Source of the DNA: Myxococcota bacterium
GTDB taxonomy: Bacteria > Myxococcota_A > UBA9160 > SMWR01
DNA length: 64,000 bases
Direction: 5' to 3'
Assembly (NCBI GenBank): GCA_039030075.1
Contig: JBCCEW010000004.1
Span: 25,826 to 89,825, forward strand
Positions 45,129-54,296 of the stretch are shown one piece after another. Under the pieces are notes generated by a model. It searched no databases. It was not told the DNA's origin and was given only the letters and a program-made list of their open reading frames with translations. The stretch's first letter is position 1, and every line of letters starts with the position of its first letter. A program made the translations under genes and the position numbers.

Positions 45129-45581
45129 ATGGTCGACGCACTCGTTCTGGTCAGTGTCGCCGTACTCGGAATCGCCGCGGGCGCCTTGATCGCCGAGGGC
45201 GCGATCCTCGTCCCCTTCTGGCGGGGCCTCGCGCCGCGCGACTTCCTCGACTGGTACGCGAAGCATGCCGACCTGTTGTTGCGCTTCTTCGGACCGCTCG
45301 AGGTGGCCGCCGTGCTGATGCCGGCCCTCGCGGTCGCAGGCGTTCTGAGCGTCGAGGCTCCGGGGCTCGAAGCCCTCGCGGTCGCGACGGGCGCATCCGT
45401 GCTCGTCGTGGCGTCGTTCCCGCTCTACTTCCAACGCGCGAATGCGTCGTTCGCCTCCGGCGAGATTGCACCCGAGGACGTCGCGGCCGAGCTGCGCCGC
45501 TGGTCGCTCTGGCATTGGGGACGCACCGCAATCGCCGTCCTGGCGTTCATTGCCGCCATCGTCGCCGCGTTGGGCTTCTAG
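45129..45581 (+). CDS. DUF1772 family membrane protein
   Basis: 150 aa, four TM helices, pattern typical of DUF1772. Confidence 0.55.
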   Translation: MVDALVLVSVAVLGIAAGALIAEGAILVPFWRGLAPRDFLDWYAKHADLLLRFFGPLEVAAVLMPALAVAGVLSVEAPGLEALAVATGASVLVVASFPLYFQRANASFASGEIAPEDVAAELRRWSLWHWGRTAIAVLAFIAAIVAALGF

Positions 45582-45650
45582 CCCACGCGTAGCTTGGCAC
45601 GGTGATAGGATGACACCGCGCCGTGACTCGCGCGGCCGGGGAGGAATCCG

Positions 45651-46043
45651 ATGACGACACCCTTCTGGTGCCTGTTGATCGTCTTGGTCATGCCCTACGT
45701 CCTCGCCGGACTGGGCGGAGCGCTCCGGGTGAAGCAACTCGGCAGCCTCGACAACAACCATCCGCGCGTGCAGGCGCAGGAGCTGCGCGGAATCGCTGCG
45801 CGCGCCTACGCGGCCCAGCAGAACGCCTGGGAGGCGGTGAGCTTCTTCGGTACCGCGGTGGTGATCAATCACCTCGCCGGGGGAGCGCCGGGCACCTCGG
45901 CCACCCTCGCGATGGTCTACGTCGCAGCCCGCCTGGGACACGCAGCGGCCTACCTCGCTGACCAGCCGATACTGCGCACGATCGTGTTTCTGGTGAGCCT
46001 GGTTTGCGGCGTCTGGCTCATCGTCCTCGGGATCAACGCGTAG
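45651..46043 (+). CDS. MAPEG family membrane protein
   Basis: 130 aa, three to four TM helices; ...HPRVQAQELRGIAARAYAAQQNAWE...YLADQPILRTIVF consistent with MAPEG. Confidence 0.6.
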   Translation: MTTPFWCLLIVLVMPYVLAGLGGALRVKQLGSLDNNHPRVQAQELRGIAARAYAAQQNAWEAVSFFGTAVVINHLAGGAPGTSATLAMVYVAARLGHAAAYLADQPILRTIVFLVSLVCGVWLIVLGINA

Positions 46044-46046
46044 TCG

Positions 46047-46442
46047 ATGCTCGACCACCTCAGCACCTACGCCACCGACTTCCCCAGGACGAAAACCTTC
46101 TACGAGCAAGCCCTGGCGCCCCTTGGCTACACGCTGCAGATGGAGATGACCGCCGCGTGGGACACCGAGTTCCCGGAGCGCCGGCTGTGCGCCTTCGGGC
46201 CACCCGGGAAGCCGGCCTTCTGGGTGGTCGAGACCCTGGTGGAGTACACGCCGCGGCACGTGGCGTTCCTCGCTCCCGATCGCCCGGCCGCCGACGCCTT
46301 CCACGCGGCTGCGCTCGCCGCCGGCGGCAGCGACTTCGGCACCCCGGGGCCGCGGCCCATCTATCACGAGCACTACTACGGCGCGTTCGTGCTGGACCCG
46401 GATGGCAACAACGTCGAGGCGGTCTGCCACGCCCCCGGCTGA
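46047..46442 (+). CDS. VOC (glyoxalase/bleomycin-resistance/dioxygenase) family protein
   Basis: MLDHLSTYATDFPRTKTFYEQALAPLGY... beta-alpha-beta-beta-beta VOC module. Confidence 0.75.
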   Translation: MLDHLSTYATDFPRTKTFYEQALAPLGYTLQMEMTAAWDTEFPERRLCAFGPPGKPAFWVVETLVEYTPRHVAFLAPDRPAADAFHAAALAAGGSDFGTPGPRPIYHEHYYGAFVLDPDGNNVEAVCHAPG

Positions 46443-46794
46443 GCTCTCGTCTGCGCTGCGCAGCTGGCGACATAGCATGTCGCTGCAGGCGTCCGCCCAA
46501 CGGCGCAGCGCTGCGCCACGAACCCCGCGGTTCGTAGCGCGCTCGGACATGCTCGACATCACGGTGGCGACCAGGTCCGCATCGAAGTCGCGGCGCCCGC
46601 GTCGTTCGGGTTGCGCTTCGCGCGGGAAGCGTCGGATCTGTTCGAGCATGCGCTTCCGCACCGGCCCGACGACATTCGTCTCGCCGAAGTACCTGCGAAG
46701 GTCGGAAGCTCCGGCTGCTCGTGGCCCCGAGTGATTCAGAATCCTCAACCTTTACGGGATGTTGAGTCCAGATTGCAGGCCACCTTCGACGCGG

Positions 46795-46825
46795 CTCCAA
46801 ACTTGGAATAGACTCCAAGCTTGGA
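46795..46825. promoter_or_regulatory. two 12-bp palindromes TCCAAACTTGGA and TCCAAGCTTGGA overlapping the start of the TetR gene; candidate autoregulatory TetR operators
   Basis: Near-identical self-complementary 12-mers 7 bp apart directly upstream of, and overlapping, the TetR start. Confidence 0.45.
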
Positions 46826-46847
46826 TGAGCCTCGAAGGTCACTCACG

Positions 46848-47468
46848 GTGAACGAAGCCCCCGAGACCGCCCCCACCGGTCGGCGCGAGCGCCGCAAGCG
46901 CGAGGTGCGCGAGCGGATCTACAACGCCGCGCGCGAGCTTTTCTCGAAGCAGGGCTTCGACGCGACGACGGTCGACGAAATCGCCGAACTCGCCGACGTG
47001 GCGACGGCCACCTTCTTCAACCACTTCGCCGGCAAGCAGAGCCTGCTCGGATGGATGGCCACGGAGGTCGTCGACAAGCTGCAGCTGTTGATGCAGGCCC
47101 ACCTCTTGGGCGACGCACCGAGCGAGGAGCGGCTGCGACGTTTCGTCGCGTCGGCCACCGATGCGATCGCCGCCCAGCGCGGCGTCGCCCGAGACGTGCT
47201 GCTCGAGTTCATGCGCCAGGACGCAACGCCGGACGGACCACACCCGTACCTGGACCGCGTCCACGAGCCCTTCGAGGCGCTGATCGCCGCTGGCCAGGCG
47301 CGCGGCGAGATGCGCGACGACGCAGACCCCGCCTTCCTCGCGCAGATGGCGGTGGGCATGCTCAACTCCGCCATCACGCGCTGGCTCGCGGATCCCCACT
47401 ACCCCGTCGAGCGAGGACTCTTCGACGCGACGGAGTTCGTCTTGTCGACGCTCGCCCAACGCGACTGA
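46848..47468 (+). CDS. TetR/AcrR family transcriptional regulator (start uncertain: TTG 46821 or GTG 46848)
   Basis: HTH RRERRKREVRERIYNAARELFSKQGFDATTVDEIAELADVATATFFNHF; precedes P450 and DUF3179 genes. Confidence 0.8.
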   Translation: MNEAPETAPTGRRERRKREVRERIYNAARELFSKQGFDATTVDEIAELADVATATFFNHFAGKQSLLGWMATEVVDKLQLLMQAHLLGDAPSEERLRRFVASATDAIAAQRGVARDVLLEFMRQDATPDGPHPYLDRVHEPFEALIAAGQARGEMRDDADPAFLAQMAVGMLNSAITRWLADPHYPVERGLFDATEFVLSTLAQRD

Positions 47469-47525
47469 TCGACCCTCTCTCATCTGCGGGTCGCGCGCCC
47501 GGCGCCCCGCCACGAAGGAACGGCC

Positions 47526-48782
47526 ATGGAACCCGATGTCGATTTCGCTCACTCCTCCAGCTGGGACGCCGAGATGCCCGCGCGCCTCGAGCGCCTGCGC
47601 GAGAACCACCCGGTCTATTGGAGCGAGAAGACCGGTGCCTTCATCGCGACGCGCTTCGAGGACGTGATCCACGTCTCGAAGCACAACGAGATCTTCTGCT
47701 CGGGCGAAGGTGTGCTGCCCGGCGCTGCGAGCCCGAAGATCGGCATGATCGACGAAGACGAGCCCCGCCACGGCGAGATGCGGAGCCTGATCAACCGCGG
47801 CTTCACCCCGCGCATGGTCAAGAAGTGGGAAGCGGTCTTCCAGCAGATCACCGACGACGCCCTCGACGCCATCGCCCGACAAGAAGAGTGCGACTTCGTC
47901 GAGGACGTGGCCGTTCCGCTGCCGCTGATCCTGATCGCCGAGATGATCGGCATTCGGAAAGAAGACCGGGATCGCTTCCACCAGTGGTCGGATCACATGA
48001 TCCTGGCCCAGGGCAACTTCGACAAACCCGAGATCGCCGCGCGAGCCGGCCAGGCCGCCGTCGAGTACATCGGCTACGTCACCCAGGTGATCGAAGACCG
48101 CCGCCGCGAGCCCAAGGACGACCTGATCAGCATCCTCGTCCGCGCGAAGGACGACGGCGTCCTCAAGCAGCTCGAGGGGCGCATGTCGGCGATCGAGACG
48201 GCCCTCGACCGGGACGACGAGACGCGCGAGATGAGCAACGACGAGCTCATCAAAATGTGCATCCTGCTGATGGTCGCGGGCAACGAGACCACGCGGAACG
48301 GCCTCTCGGGCGGGCTCCAGCTCTTGATCGAGAACCCGGAAGCGCGCCAGCGCTTGGTCGAGGACCCGAGTCTGATCCCGGATGCCGTCGAGGAGATGCT
48401 GCGCCTGACTTCGCCCGTGCTCAGCTTCATTCGCACGGCGACCCAGGACACCGAGCTGCGCGGCACCCCGATTCGCCAGGGGCAGAAGGTGCTGATGATC
48501 TACGGCGCCGCGAACCGCGACCCCCGGCAGTACGAGAACCCGGGCGTCTTCGACATCGACCGCAAGCCTCAACACCTCGCCTTCGGCATCGGCAACCACT
48601 TCTGTCTGGGCGCGAACCTCGCGCGGATGGAGATGCGGGTCGCCTTCCGCGAGATCCTGCGCCGTTTCCCGGACATGGAGTACTCGAACGGCGGCCCCAA
48701 GTTCGCGCCGTCGGCCCTGGTCCGGAGCGTCTCCGAGCTCCGGGTGCGGTACACGCCCGAAGACCAGCGGAAGAGCGCGTAG
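47526..48782 (+). CDS. cytochrome P450
   Basis: FGIGNHFCLGANLA heme-binding loop; EMLRLTSP (ExxR). Confidence 0.9.
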   Translation: MEPDVDFAHSSSWDAEMPARLERLRENHPVYWSEKTGAFIATRFEDVIHVSKHNEIFCSGEGVLPGAASPKIGMIDEDEPRHGEMRSLINRGFTPRMVKKWEAVFQQITDDALDAIARQEECDFVEDVAVPLPLILIAEMIGIRKEDRDRFHQWSDHMILAQGNFDKPEIAARAGQAAVEYIGYVTQVIEDRRREPKDDLISILVRAKDDGVLKQLEGRMSAIETALDRDDETREMSNDELIKMCILLMVAGNETTRNGLSGGLQLLIENPEARQRLVEDPSLIPDAVEEMLRLTSPVLSFIRTATQDTELRGTPIRQGQKVLMIYGAANRDPRQYENPGVFDIDRKPQHLAFGIGNHFCLGANLARMEMRVAFREILRRFPDMEYSNGGPKFAPSALVRSVSELRVRYTPEDQRKSA

Positions 48783-48848
48783 GCCCGGAGTCCTCGAAAA
48801 GCGCAGAGACTACGCGCAACGCTTCGTTCGACCGATCATCGAAGGAGC

Positions 48849-50300
48849 GTGCCGAACCCGAGCCCGACCCGAGCGACCCCGCTTCCCACTCCTCGACACT
48901 GCCCGCTTCTGCGCGCGGCAGCTCTGATCCTGGCCCTGGGGGTCGGGGTCGCCTGCAGCGTGGAGGCCGTCCCGGACGCGGAGGCACCTACAGCGCCCGC
49001 GGCAAGTGAGGCGCGCCCGCCGATCCCCGTCGAGATCTTCTTCGCCCTCGTCCAGAACGATCCGCTACTGGCGAAGGAGGCCCTGGACCTGATTACGAGC
49101 GACTGGCGGGACGGCTACGCCCCGATGCTCCTCGAGGTGTCCCGCTTCAGCCGCCACCGCTCCGCAATCTTCGAGGCTCTCGAGCGCGGGACGAAGACGA
49201 GCTTCGGCACGGATCACGACGCCGCCTTCCGCTGGGTGTGGTCGCGCGAAATCACGCCGCATCCCGACTACGGCGTCTTCAAAGCGCGACTCTACGAGTA
49301 CCTGGACCCGGACTTCGCCGCCTACTTCGACGATCACACCGAGGATGCGCGCATCCGTCTCGACGAGGTGCGGTGGGGCGGCGTCGCCCGCGACGGAATC
49401 CCGCCCCTCGACCGCCCCCGCATGATCCCGGCCGCCGAAGCCGACTACCTCGCTCCCGACAACGTCGTCTTCGGCATCGCGCTCGGCGGCGAGGCACGCG
49501 CCTACCCGAAGCGCATTCTCGCCTGGCACGAAATGTTCAAGGACACGATCGGCGGCACGAGCGTCGCGGGCGTCTACTGCACCCTCTGCGGAAGCATGAT
49601 CGTCTACGAGACCGAGTTCGAGGGGACGCACCACGAGCTCGGAACCAGCGGCTTCCTCTACCGCTCGAACAAGCTCATGTACGACCACGCCACCGAGTCC
49701 CTGTGGTCGACCCTGCGTGGCGAGCCCGCGATCGGGCCGCTCGTCGGAAAGGGCATCCGCCTCACTCCGCGCCACGTCGTCACCACCACCTGGGAACGCT
49801 GGCAGGCCCTTCACCCCGAGACGACGGTCCTCTCCCTCGACACGGGCCACGAGCGGGACTACGGAGAAGGCGTCGCCTACCGCAGCTACTTCGCCACCGA
49901 CGAGCTGATGTTCGAGGTGCCGAGCCTCGATCGCCGCCTCGCGAACAAGTCCGAGGTGCTCGCCCTGCGTTTCGGAGCGGGCGCTTCGCCCACTGCCATC
50001 GCCGTGGAGAAGCTCGCCGCGACGCCGACGCTCGAGGGCACCGAGAACGGGGTTCCCTACGTGATCTTCACCGACACGTCGGGAGCGAGTCGCGTCTATG
50101 CGCGCGGAGAGCACCAGTTCCGCTCGTTCGATGGCGACCGCACGGCCGTCGACAACGTCGGCGGCAGCTGGCGGCTCACCGAGGACGCCCTGGTGCGGAA
50201 CACGCCAGACGCGGCAGCGCGCCTCGACCGACTCCCTGCGCACCGGGCCTTCTGGTTCGGCTGGTACGCGGCCTACCCGAACACCCGGCTCTTGCAGTAG
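48849..50300 (+). CDS. DUF3179 domain-containing secreted protein
   Basis: Signal/lipoprotein-like N-terminus; RDGIPPLDRPRM and SMIVYETEFEGTHHELGTSGFLYRSNKLMYD are DUF3179 hallmarks. Confidence 0.65.
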   Translation: MPNPSPTRATPLPTPRHCPLLRAAALILALGVGVACSVEAVPDAEAPTAPAASEARPPIPVEIFFALVQNDPLLAKEALDLITSDWRDGYAPMLLEVSRFSRHRSAIFEALERGTKTSFGTDHDAAFRWVWSREITPHPDYGVFKARLYEYLDPDFAAYFDDHTEDARIRLDEVRWGGVARDGIPPLDRPRMIPAAEADYLAPDNVVFGIALGGEARAYPKRILAWHEMFKDTIGGTSVAGVYCTLCGSMIVYETEFEGTHHELGTSGFLYRSNKLMYDHATESLWSTLRGEPAIGPLVGKGIRLTPRHVVTTTWERWQALHPETTVLSLDTGHERDYGEGVAYRSYFATDELMFEVPSLDRRLANKSEVLALRFGAGASPTAIAVEKLAATPTLEGTENGVPYVIFTDTSGASRVYARGEHQFRSFDGDRTAVDNVGGSWRLTEDALVRNTPDAAARLDRLPAHRAFWFGWYAAYPNTRLLQ

Positions 50301-50373
50301 CCGGCGCCCGAAACGCGAACGGCCCCGATGGCGAGGTCGCCACCGGGGCCGTTGCTGTTTGCGAGACGCTCCG

Positions 50374-52134
50374 TCAGCCGACGTCGGCCAGGGCGTCGAG
50401 GGCGCGCTGGGCGAGCCCGGCGACGTGACGGTTGTCGTCCTTGGCGGCGTCGGCGAGCGCGTCACGGAAGTACGCTGCGTCGACTCGGGTCATGGCGTTC
50501 ACCGCGTAGAACCGCTCGGTCGGATCTCCCGAACGCTGCGCCGCGACCAGTTCACGGGCCACGTCGAGGCGCCGCTTCTCGTTCTTCGCGTCGCGGAAGG
50601 CGTGGGCCAGTCGCTCGTAGCGATCCTGCACCGCGCCATCGCTCGTGACGACACCGCCGCCGTCGCCGGCCGGCGCCTCGCTGGCCGGCGCTTCGCTCGC
50701 CGGAGCCTCGGGCTCTCCGACCGCGACCATCCGGCGCAGCTCGTCGACCTTGCGGGTCCTAGCGCGTGGCTTCGCCGCGGCGGCTTTCTCGCGCGCCGCC
50801 GTGGCCTTCGACTTCGGACCGCGACGACCCAGGCGTCGGTAGAGCTCGCCCACCGTGGTGGCGCTCTCCGGAGCATCCGGGGCCGCTTCGGCCTCGGCTT
50901 CGGCACCGGGCTGGCGCAGGACATCCGCCAGTCGTGGCATGTCCTTCGTCGGCGCCTTCGTCGACTTCTCGGCGAGAGGGGCCGGCCGATTCGGGACGCG
51001 CGGCCCGCGCGGCACCGCATGCCGGCGCAGGCGGAGCTGGTCGAGGCTACCGAGATCGATCGCCTTCACCGTCTGCTGGACCTTCGACTGGATGGTGTCG
51101 GCTTCGCGCGTCGCCTCTTCGAGCATGTCGTCGATCGAGGCGGGGAGCGCCTGGGATGCCGAGATCATCCGCACCGTCGCAGTCGCGTCGTCGGACGCGA
51201 TGTTGCGGTACAGGCCGATGTACACGGCAGCGCCGCCCGTCTCGCGCTTCAGCTGCTCGACGATCTTCTCGTAGAGAGAGAAGGGGCTCGCCGTCAGAGC
51301 GCGCTCGGACGCCTCGATCACGAGACCGAGGTAGGACACGTCCTTCATGTCCGAGTCCTTCGGCATCATCGGGTTCTCACCGATCGCGCCGCGCACCGAA
51401 TCGAGCACGCCTTCGGCGTTGAGCTCGGGCAGCTCCTCGGTGTGGTAGCTCAGCACACCACCCGAGAAGAGCAGCGTGCGGAAGTCCTCACCATCGAGGG
51501 TGCGAATCGCCTGTGCCGAGTCGCGATCGTTCAGGCGGTTGAAGACGTCGATCGGCTCGACGATCTCGCGGTTGATGGTCTCGAAGTACGAATCGAGGGG
51601 GACGTCCTGGTGGCCCTGCGCCAGACGCGCGTTGTCGATCAGCACCCATCCGTAGGCCGGCGTCGCGGACAGGTCGCGAATCGCGCGCAGCGCGTTCACC
51701 TTGGCGATGCCGCTCTCGTGGTGGTGGGGCAGCGCGGTGAGGATCACGACGGGGAGCGAGAGATCCTCGATCACCTTCGTGAGCTCGGCGACGCACGAAC
51801 CCGTGCCCCCACCGAGGCCGGCGCAGAGCGCCACGACGTCGGCGCCGACGGCATGCTCTTCGACTGCCTTGCGGATGAGATCGGCGTTCTCCGTGACGCA
51901 CTCGGTGCCGTAGTGGGTATCGCTCCCGGCGCCATCCGAGCCTTCGAGGCCGATGTAGATGCGCTGGGATTCGGGCAGGGCGAGGCGGCTGGCCCCGAGG
52001 GAGGTGAGGTCGGTTTGGGCCGTGTTGAAGGCCAGGCCGCGGTATCCACGTCGGTGGAACTCGGCCGCGATGTTGCCGCCGGCCTGACCGAGGCCAACCG
52101 CGACGATCTCGAGAGAACGACCAGAGGGTTTCAT
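50374..52134 (-). CDS. divergent FtsZ/tubulin-superfamily GTPase with about 330-aa basic/Ala-rich C-terminal extension ending in a helical module
   Basis: RBS GGAGAT; LEIVAVGLGQAGGNIAAEF (G-box), FNTAQTDL, ADVVALCAGLGGGTGSCVA (tubulin/FtsZ signature [SAG]GGTG[SA]G), LPVVILTALPHHHESG..., then a long KA/PE-rich tail and a terminal helical module. Confidence 0.75.
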   Translation of the reverse strand: MKPSGRSLEIVAVGLGQAGGNIAAEFHRRGYRGLAFNTAQTDLTSLGASRLALPESQRIYIGLEGSDGAGSDTHYGTECVTENADLIRKAVEEHAVGADVVALCAGLGGGTGSCVAELTKVIEDLSLPVVILTALPHHHESGIAKVNALRAIRDLSATPAYGWVLIDNARLAQGHQDVPLDSYFETINREIVEPIDVFNRLNDRDSAQAIRTLDGEDFRTLLFSGGVLSYHTEELPELNAEGVLDSVRGAIGENPMMPKDSDMKDVSYLGLVIEASERALTASPFSLYEKIVEQLKRETGGAAVYIGLYRNIASDDATATVRMISASQALPASIDDMLEEATREADTIQSKVQQTVKAIDLGSLDQLRLRRHAVPRGPRVPNRPAPLAEKSTKAPTKDMPRLADVLRQPGAEAEAEAAPDAPESATTVGELYRRLGRRGPKSKATAAREKAAAAKPRARTRKVDELRRMVAVGEPEAPASEAPASEAPAGDGGGVVTSDGAVQDRYERLAHAFRDAKNEKRRLDVARELVAAQRSGDPTERFYAVNAMTRVDAAYFRDALADAAKDDNRHVAGLAQRALDALADVG

Positions 52135-52545
52135 GGGGGGATCTCCGGGAAGGGACGAGGTGGATGCCCGCGAACCCGGAGAGGGTCCGCCGGCGGGTTT
52201 CTCGTAGGTAACCCCGGAAGCCGAGTGGGTGTCGCGCAGAAATCGCTGGGAGCGACACTTTCCCGCGACGCCCTCGGGAGCGCGCAGCTTTGGACGCAAA
52301 CGGGCGGACCGCCTGTCGACGGCGGCGGCGTTCGGGAGCCGGATTTCGGCCGATCGACGGCCGCCCCGCGGGCAGGCGGTCTCAGCGACCGGCACTGCCC
52401 TCCGCAGACCTTCGAAGACTCCACTCGCGCTGCAAATGGCCGGCTGAACCCGCCGGGTCCGGCGCCCGCTTCCGGATGAAGCGGGCGCCTCGTCGCCGGA
52501 GAGGAGTGATCCGACGAACCCGGGAGTGGCAGGGCGCCTCTGGGA

Positions 52546-53916
52546 TCAGACGCCGGCTTCGAGGAACTCGGCGAGGCGCGCGACCTCACCCGAGGCGCGG
52601 AGCTTCTCGAGCGCGCCCATCTGGAGCTGGCGGACGCGCTCGCGCGACAGGCCGATCCGGTCGCCGATCTCGTGGAGCGTGAGCGGGTTGCCGTCGGCCC
52701 AGCCGAAGCGCAGCGACAGGACGCTCTGCTCGCGCTGGCTGAGCGCTCGCATCGCATCGCCGAGCACGCGGTGCACGCGCCGCATGTCGAACCCCGAAGC
52801 CGGATCTTCCTCTTCCTCTGCGAGCCGGTCGCCGAGGGTGACCTCACCGTCTTCGGTCACCGGCTCGTCGATCGACTTCGCGCGCGCGGTGACGCCCGCG
52901 ATCCGGTCGACGGTCTCGAAGGGGAGATCCAGCGCGGTGGCCAGGTCCAGAGAATCGGGCTCGGCGGCCTGGCGGGTGAGGAGGCTCTCCCGCGCGCGAC
53001 GTACCGCTCGCTCCTGATCGTAGAGGTTCGAGGGAAGTCGAACGGTTCGCGAGTGGTGCTGGATCGCGCGGATCATCGCCTGCTCGATCCACCACACGGC
53101 GTAGGTCGAGAACTGGAAACCGCGATCCGGATCGAACTTCTCGACCGCCCGCAAGAGACCCACGTTGCCTTCCTGGATCAGGTCGATGAAGGGCACGCCC
53201 AGCTTGCGATAGCGCTTCGCCACCTTGATCACGAGGCGCAGGTTGCGGCTCGCGAAGGTCTGTCGCGCCTCGGAACGATCGCCGCGGGCGCTGGCCGCGG
53301 ACTTGGCGGAGCGCCGGTCACACGCCGCCAGCCCGAGTGCCTTGCGGCGCGCCCGGATCTCGCGGGTGGCCGGTGCAGCAAGTACGGCGGCGAGTTCGGT
53401 GTGCACGTCCTCGAGGATCTCGAGGAGAACGTGCGCCTCCTGGAGTTCCGCGCCGATCTTCTCCGCGACGCGCTGGGTCTGCGTCGCGCTGCGGCCGTGG
53501 CGGTCGACCGATTCCTGCCAGGACGCGAGGTGCTGCTCGAGCGCCTCCATGTGCGCGTCGAACGGCGTGGTCCAGTCGTGGCTCGGGTTCTCCCGGTAGC
53601 GGTGCGCCATCGTGCCCGTCACCCGACCGTCGCGCCGGCGCTCCTGCCAGCGCTCGACCACCAGGCGCGACGCTGCCGGCATCTCGGCGAGAGAAGCCCG
53701 CAGGGCTTCCTCCCCCGCCCGGATCCGGTGGGCGAGTTCGGTGGCCTCGCCGGGCTTCATCAGCGGCAGGCGCCGCAGGGTCTCGAGGTAGCGGCCGACC
53801 GCATCGGGCCCTGCGCCGCTCCCCGAGTCGGAGGGTTGGGTGGTGGCCTCGGGAGCCGGCTCCAGGGCCAGCGGGAGGTCGCGGGTTTCGGAGGTCGAAT
53901 CGAGGTGGTGGTCCAT
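52546..53916 (-). CDS. RNA polymerase sigma factor, sigma-70 family (RpoD/group-2-like)
   Basis: Region 2 ([58 protein letters not shown]), region 3 and region 4 ([29 protein letters not shown]); ATG at 53916 with GAGGGGAA RBS. Confidence 0.85.
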   Translation of the reverse strand: MDHHLDSTSETRDLPLALEPAPEATTQPSDSGSGAGPDAVGRYLETLRRLPLMKPGEATELAHRIRAGEEALRASLAEMPAASRLVVERWQERRRDGRVTGTMAHRYRENPSHDWTTPFDAHMEALEQHLASWQESVDRHGRSATQTQRVAEKIGAELQEAHVLLEILEDVHTELAAVLAAPATREIRARRKALGLAACDRRSAKSAASARGDRSEARQTFASRNLRLVIKVAKRYRKLGVPFIDLIQEGNVGLLRAVEKFDPDRGFQFSTYAVWWIEQAMIRAIQHHSRTVRLPSNLYDQERAVRRARESLLTRQAAEPDSLDLATALDLPFETVDRIAGVTARAKSIDEPVTEDGEVTLGDRLAEEEEDPASGFDMRRVHRVLGDAMRALSQREQSVLSLRFGWADGNPLTLHEIGDRIGLSRERVRQLQMGALEKLRASGEVARLAEFLEAGV

Positions 53917-53957
53917 TGGGGTTCCCCTCAGTGTTGCGCGCACTGTCTATATTAAAT

Positions 53958-53990
53958 CTAGATTTTTTCTCGACAAGACCTAGACAGACA
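53958..53990. promoter_or_regulatory. three tandem 11-bp direct repeats (CTAGATTTTTT / CTCGACAAGAC / CTAGACAGACA) inside a 70-bp AT-rich island between divergent sigma-70 and MerR/B12 regulator genes
   Basis: About 25% GC in a genome of about 69% GC; repeat spacing of 11 bp exactly; flanked by inverted TGTCTA...TAGACA. Confidence 0.5.
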
Positions 53991-54296
53991 TTATTCTGAA
54001 AAAACTCCCCGGCCCGGAGCCCTCGATGAATCCCACCTCTCCGCAGACTCGACAAAGCCAGAATCCCCCCGGGGGATCCGAGCGTTCCACCTTGCCGGTG
54101 TCGGCCGCTCCGTGCACGTTCCGGCAACTGCTCGACTGGATGCGTGACCTCGAGCTCGACGACCAACAGATCGCCGAGGCGCTGGACGACCTGGTCCAGT
54201 CGGGAACCGTGCGGATCCTCGGACGCCGGGCGACCCACCGCATCCTGGGAGGGCGCCGGCATTGAGCGGACGAAACGCCAGCGGCCGAGGCGCGCC

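Noticed and set aside
44367-46748. 793-aa minus-strand ORF spanning the P450, DUF1772, MAPEG and VOC genes
   Set aside because: Antisense to four well-supported plus-strand genes with recognisable motifs; no domain signal; typical high-GC antisense open frame (only the first about 100 codons in the intergenic gap are even debatable)
46839-48599. 586-aa minus-strand ORF
   Set aside because: Antisense to TetR and P450 genes; no motifs
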